Source: Octopus sinensis
Lineage: Eukaryota
DNA length: 64,000 nt
Assembly: GCF_006345805.1 (NCBI RefSeq)
Contig: NC_042997.1
Coordinates: 131,440,001 to 131,504,000, forward strand
Direction: 5' to 3'
The position numbers and the translations under genes are program-made. The notes beneath the pieces were generated by a model. That model saw only the letters and a list, made by a program, of their open reading frames with translations, was not told where the DNA came from and ran no database searches. Positions within the stretch are counted from its first letter, which is position 1. Each line of letters opens with the position of its first letter. This document shows, piece after piece, positions 63,544 through 64,000 of the stretch.

Positions 63544-63790
63544 ATAAAAAGCACCATCCGAACGTGGCCGATGCCAGACCCCTCTGGCACCTGTGCAGGT
63601 GGCACGTAAAAAACACCCACTACACTCGCGGAGTGGTTGGCGTTAGGAAGGGCATCCAGCTGTAGAAACACTGCCAGACTAGACTGGAGCCTGGGGCAGT
63701 CCCGAGCTCCCCAGACCCCGGTCGAAACCGTCCAACCCGTGCTAGCGCGGAAAACGGACGTTAAATGATGATGATGATGATGATGATGAT
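63544..63790 (+). mobile_element. CpG-intact family C 3' module
   Basis: GGTTGGCGTTAGGAAGGGCATCC..CCCGTGCTAGCGCGGAAAACGGACGTTAAAT(GAT)n. Confidence 0.82.
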
Positions 63791-64000
63791 GTAGAGAGAG
63801 AGAGAGAGAAAGCTAATAGTGAGGAATTATTAATCTGGGCAAAATACTTCATAAGCTCTCTGCTGGCATACCAGACTAACAATATTATTTAGATTAGTGA
63901 AGCGCTCCAAGTATTCTGGTAGAAGTGTCCAAGGTTATGCCTCATCACAACTCTATATTGTAAATCTATGGAAGGTCTCCTGACAAACTGGTTTTTACAC

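Overview
AT-rich, repeat-saturated eukaryotic genomic DNA. The SINE families, (TA)n/(TG)n/(GAT)n tracts and MITEs look like an octopod cephalopod (Octopus sp.); this is inferred from recalled repeat families, not from a search. No complete protein-coding gene is visible. Nearly all ORFs in the track come from microsatellites, SINEs or a 20-bp satellite. Recognisable content: many tRNA-derived SINEs (CORE-like 'family A', Meta-domain 'family B', a CORE/V-like family), headless RTE-tailed repeats ('family C'), 5'-truncated CR1 LINEs, an RTE 3' fragment, a Tc1 transposase pseudogene, hAT/piggyBac/foldback MITEs, non-autonomous Helitron/Helentron-type elements, and three Penelope-like remnants that each carry a hammerhead-ribozyme-like motif. 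One hammerhead has a ~100-nt stem II; another lies behind a tRNA-like cassette. A CpG-retaining island at ~19.2-24.4 kb holds a candidate first exon (~21329-21791, + strand), so the rest of the window may be one or two very long introns, with a possible 26-nt exon at 55902-55927. Several long perfect or near-perfect inverted repeats are candidate dsRNA/ADAR substrates. Family labels A-D are my own. Coordinates were counted by eye; TE boundaries are approximate.
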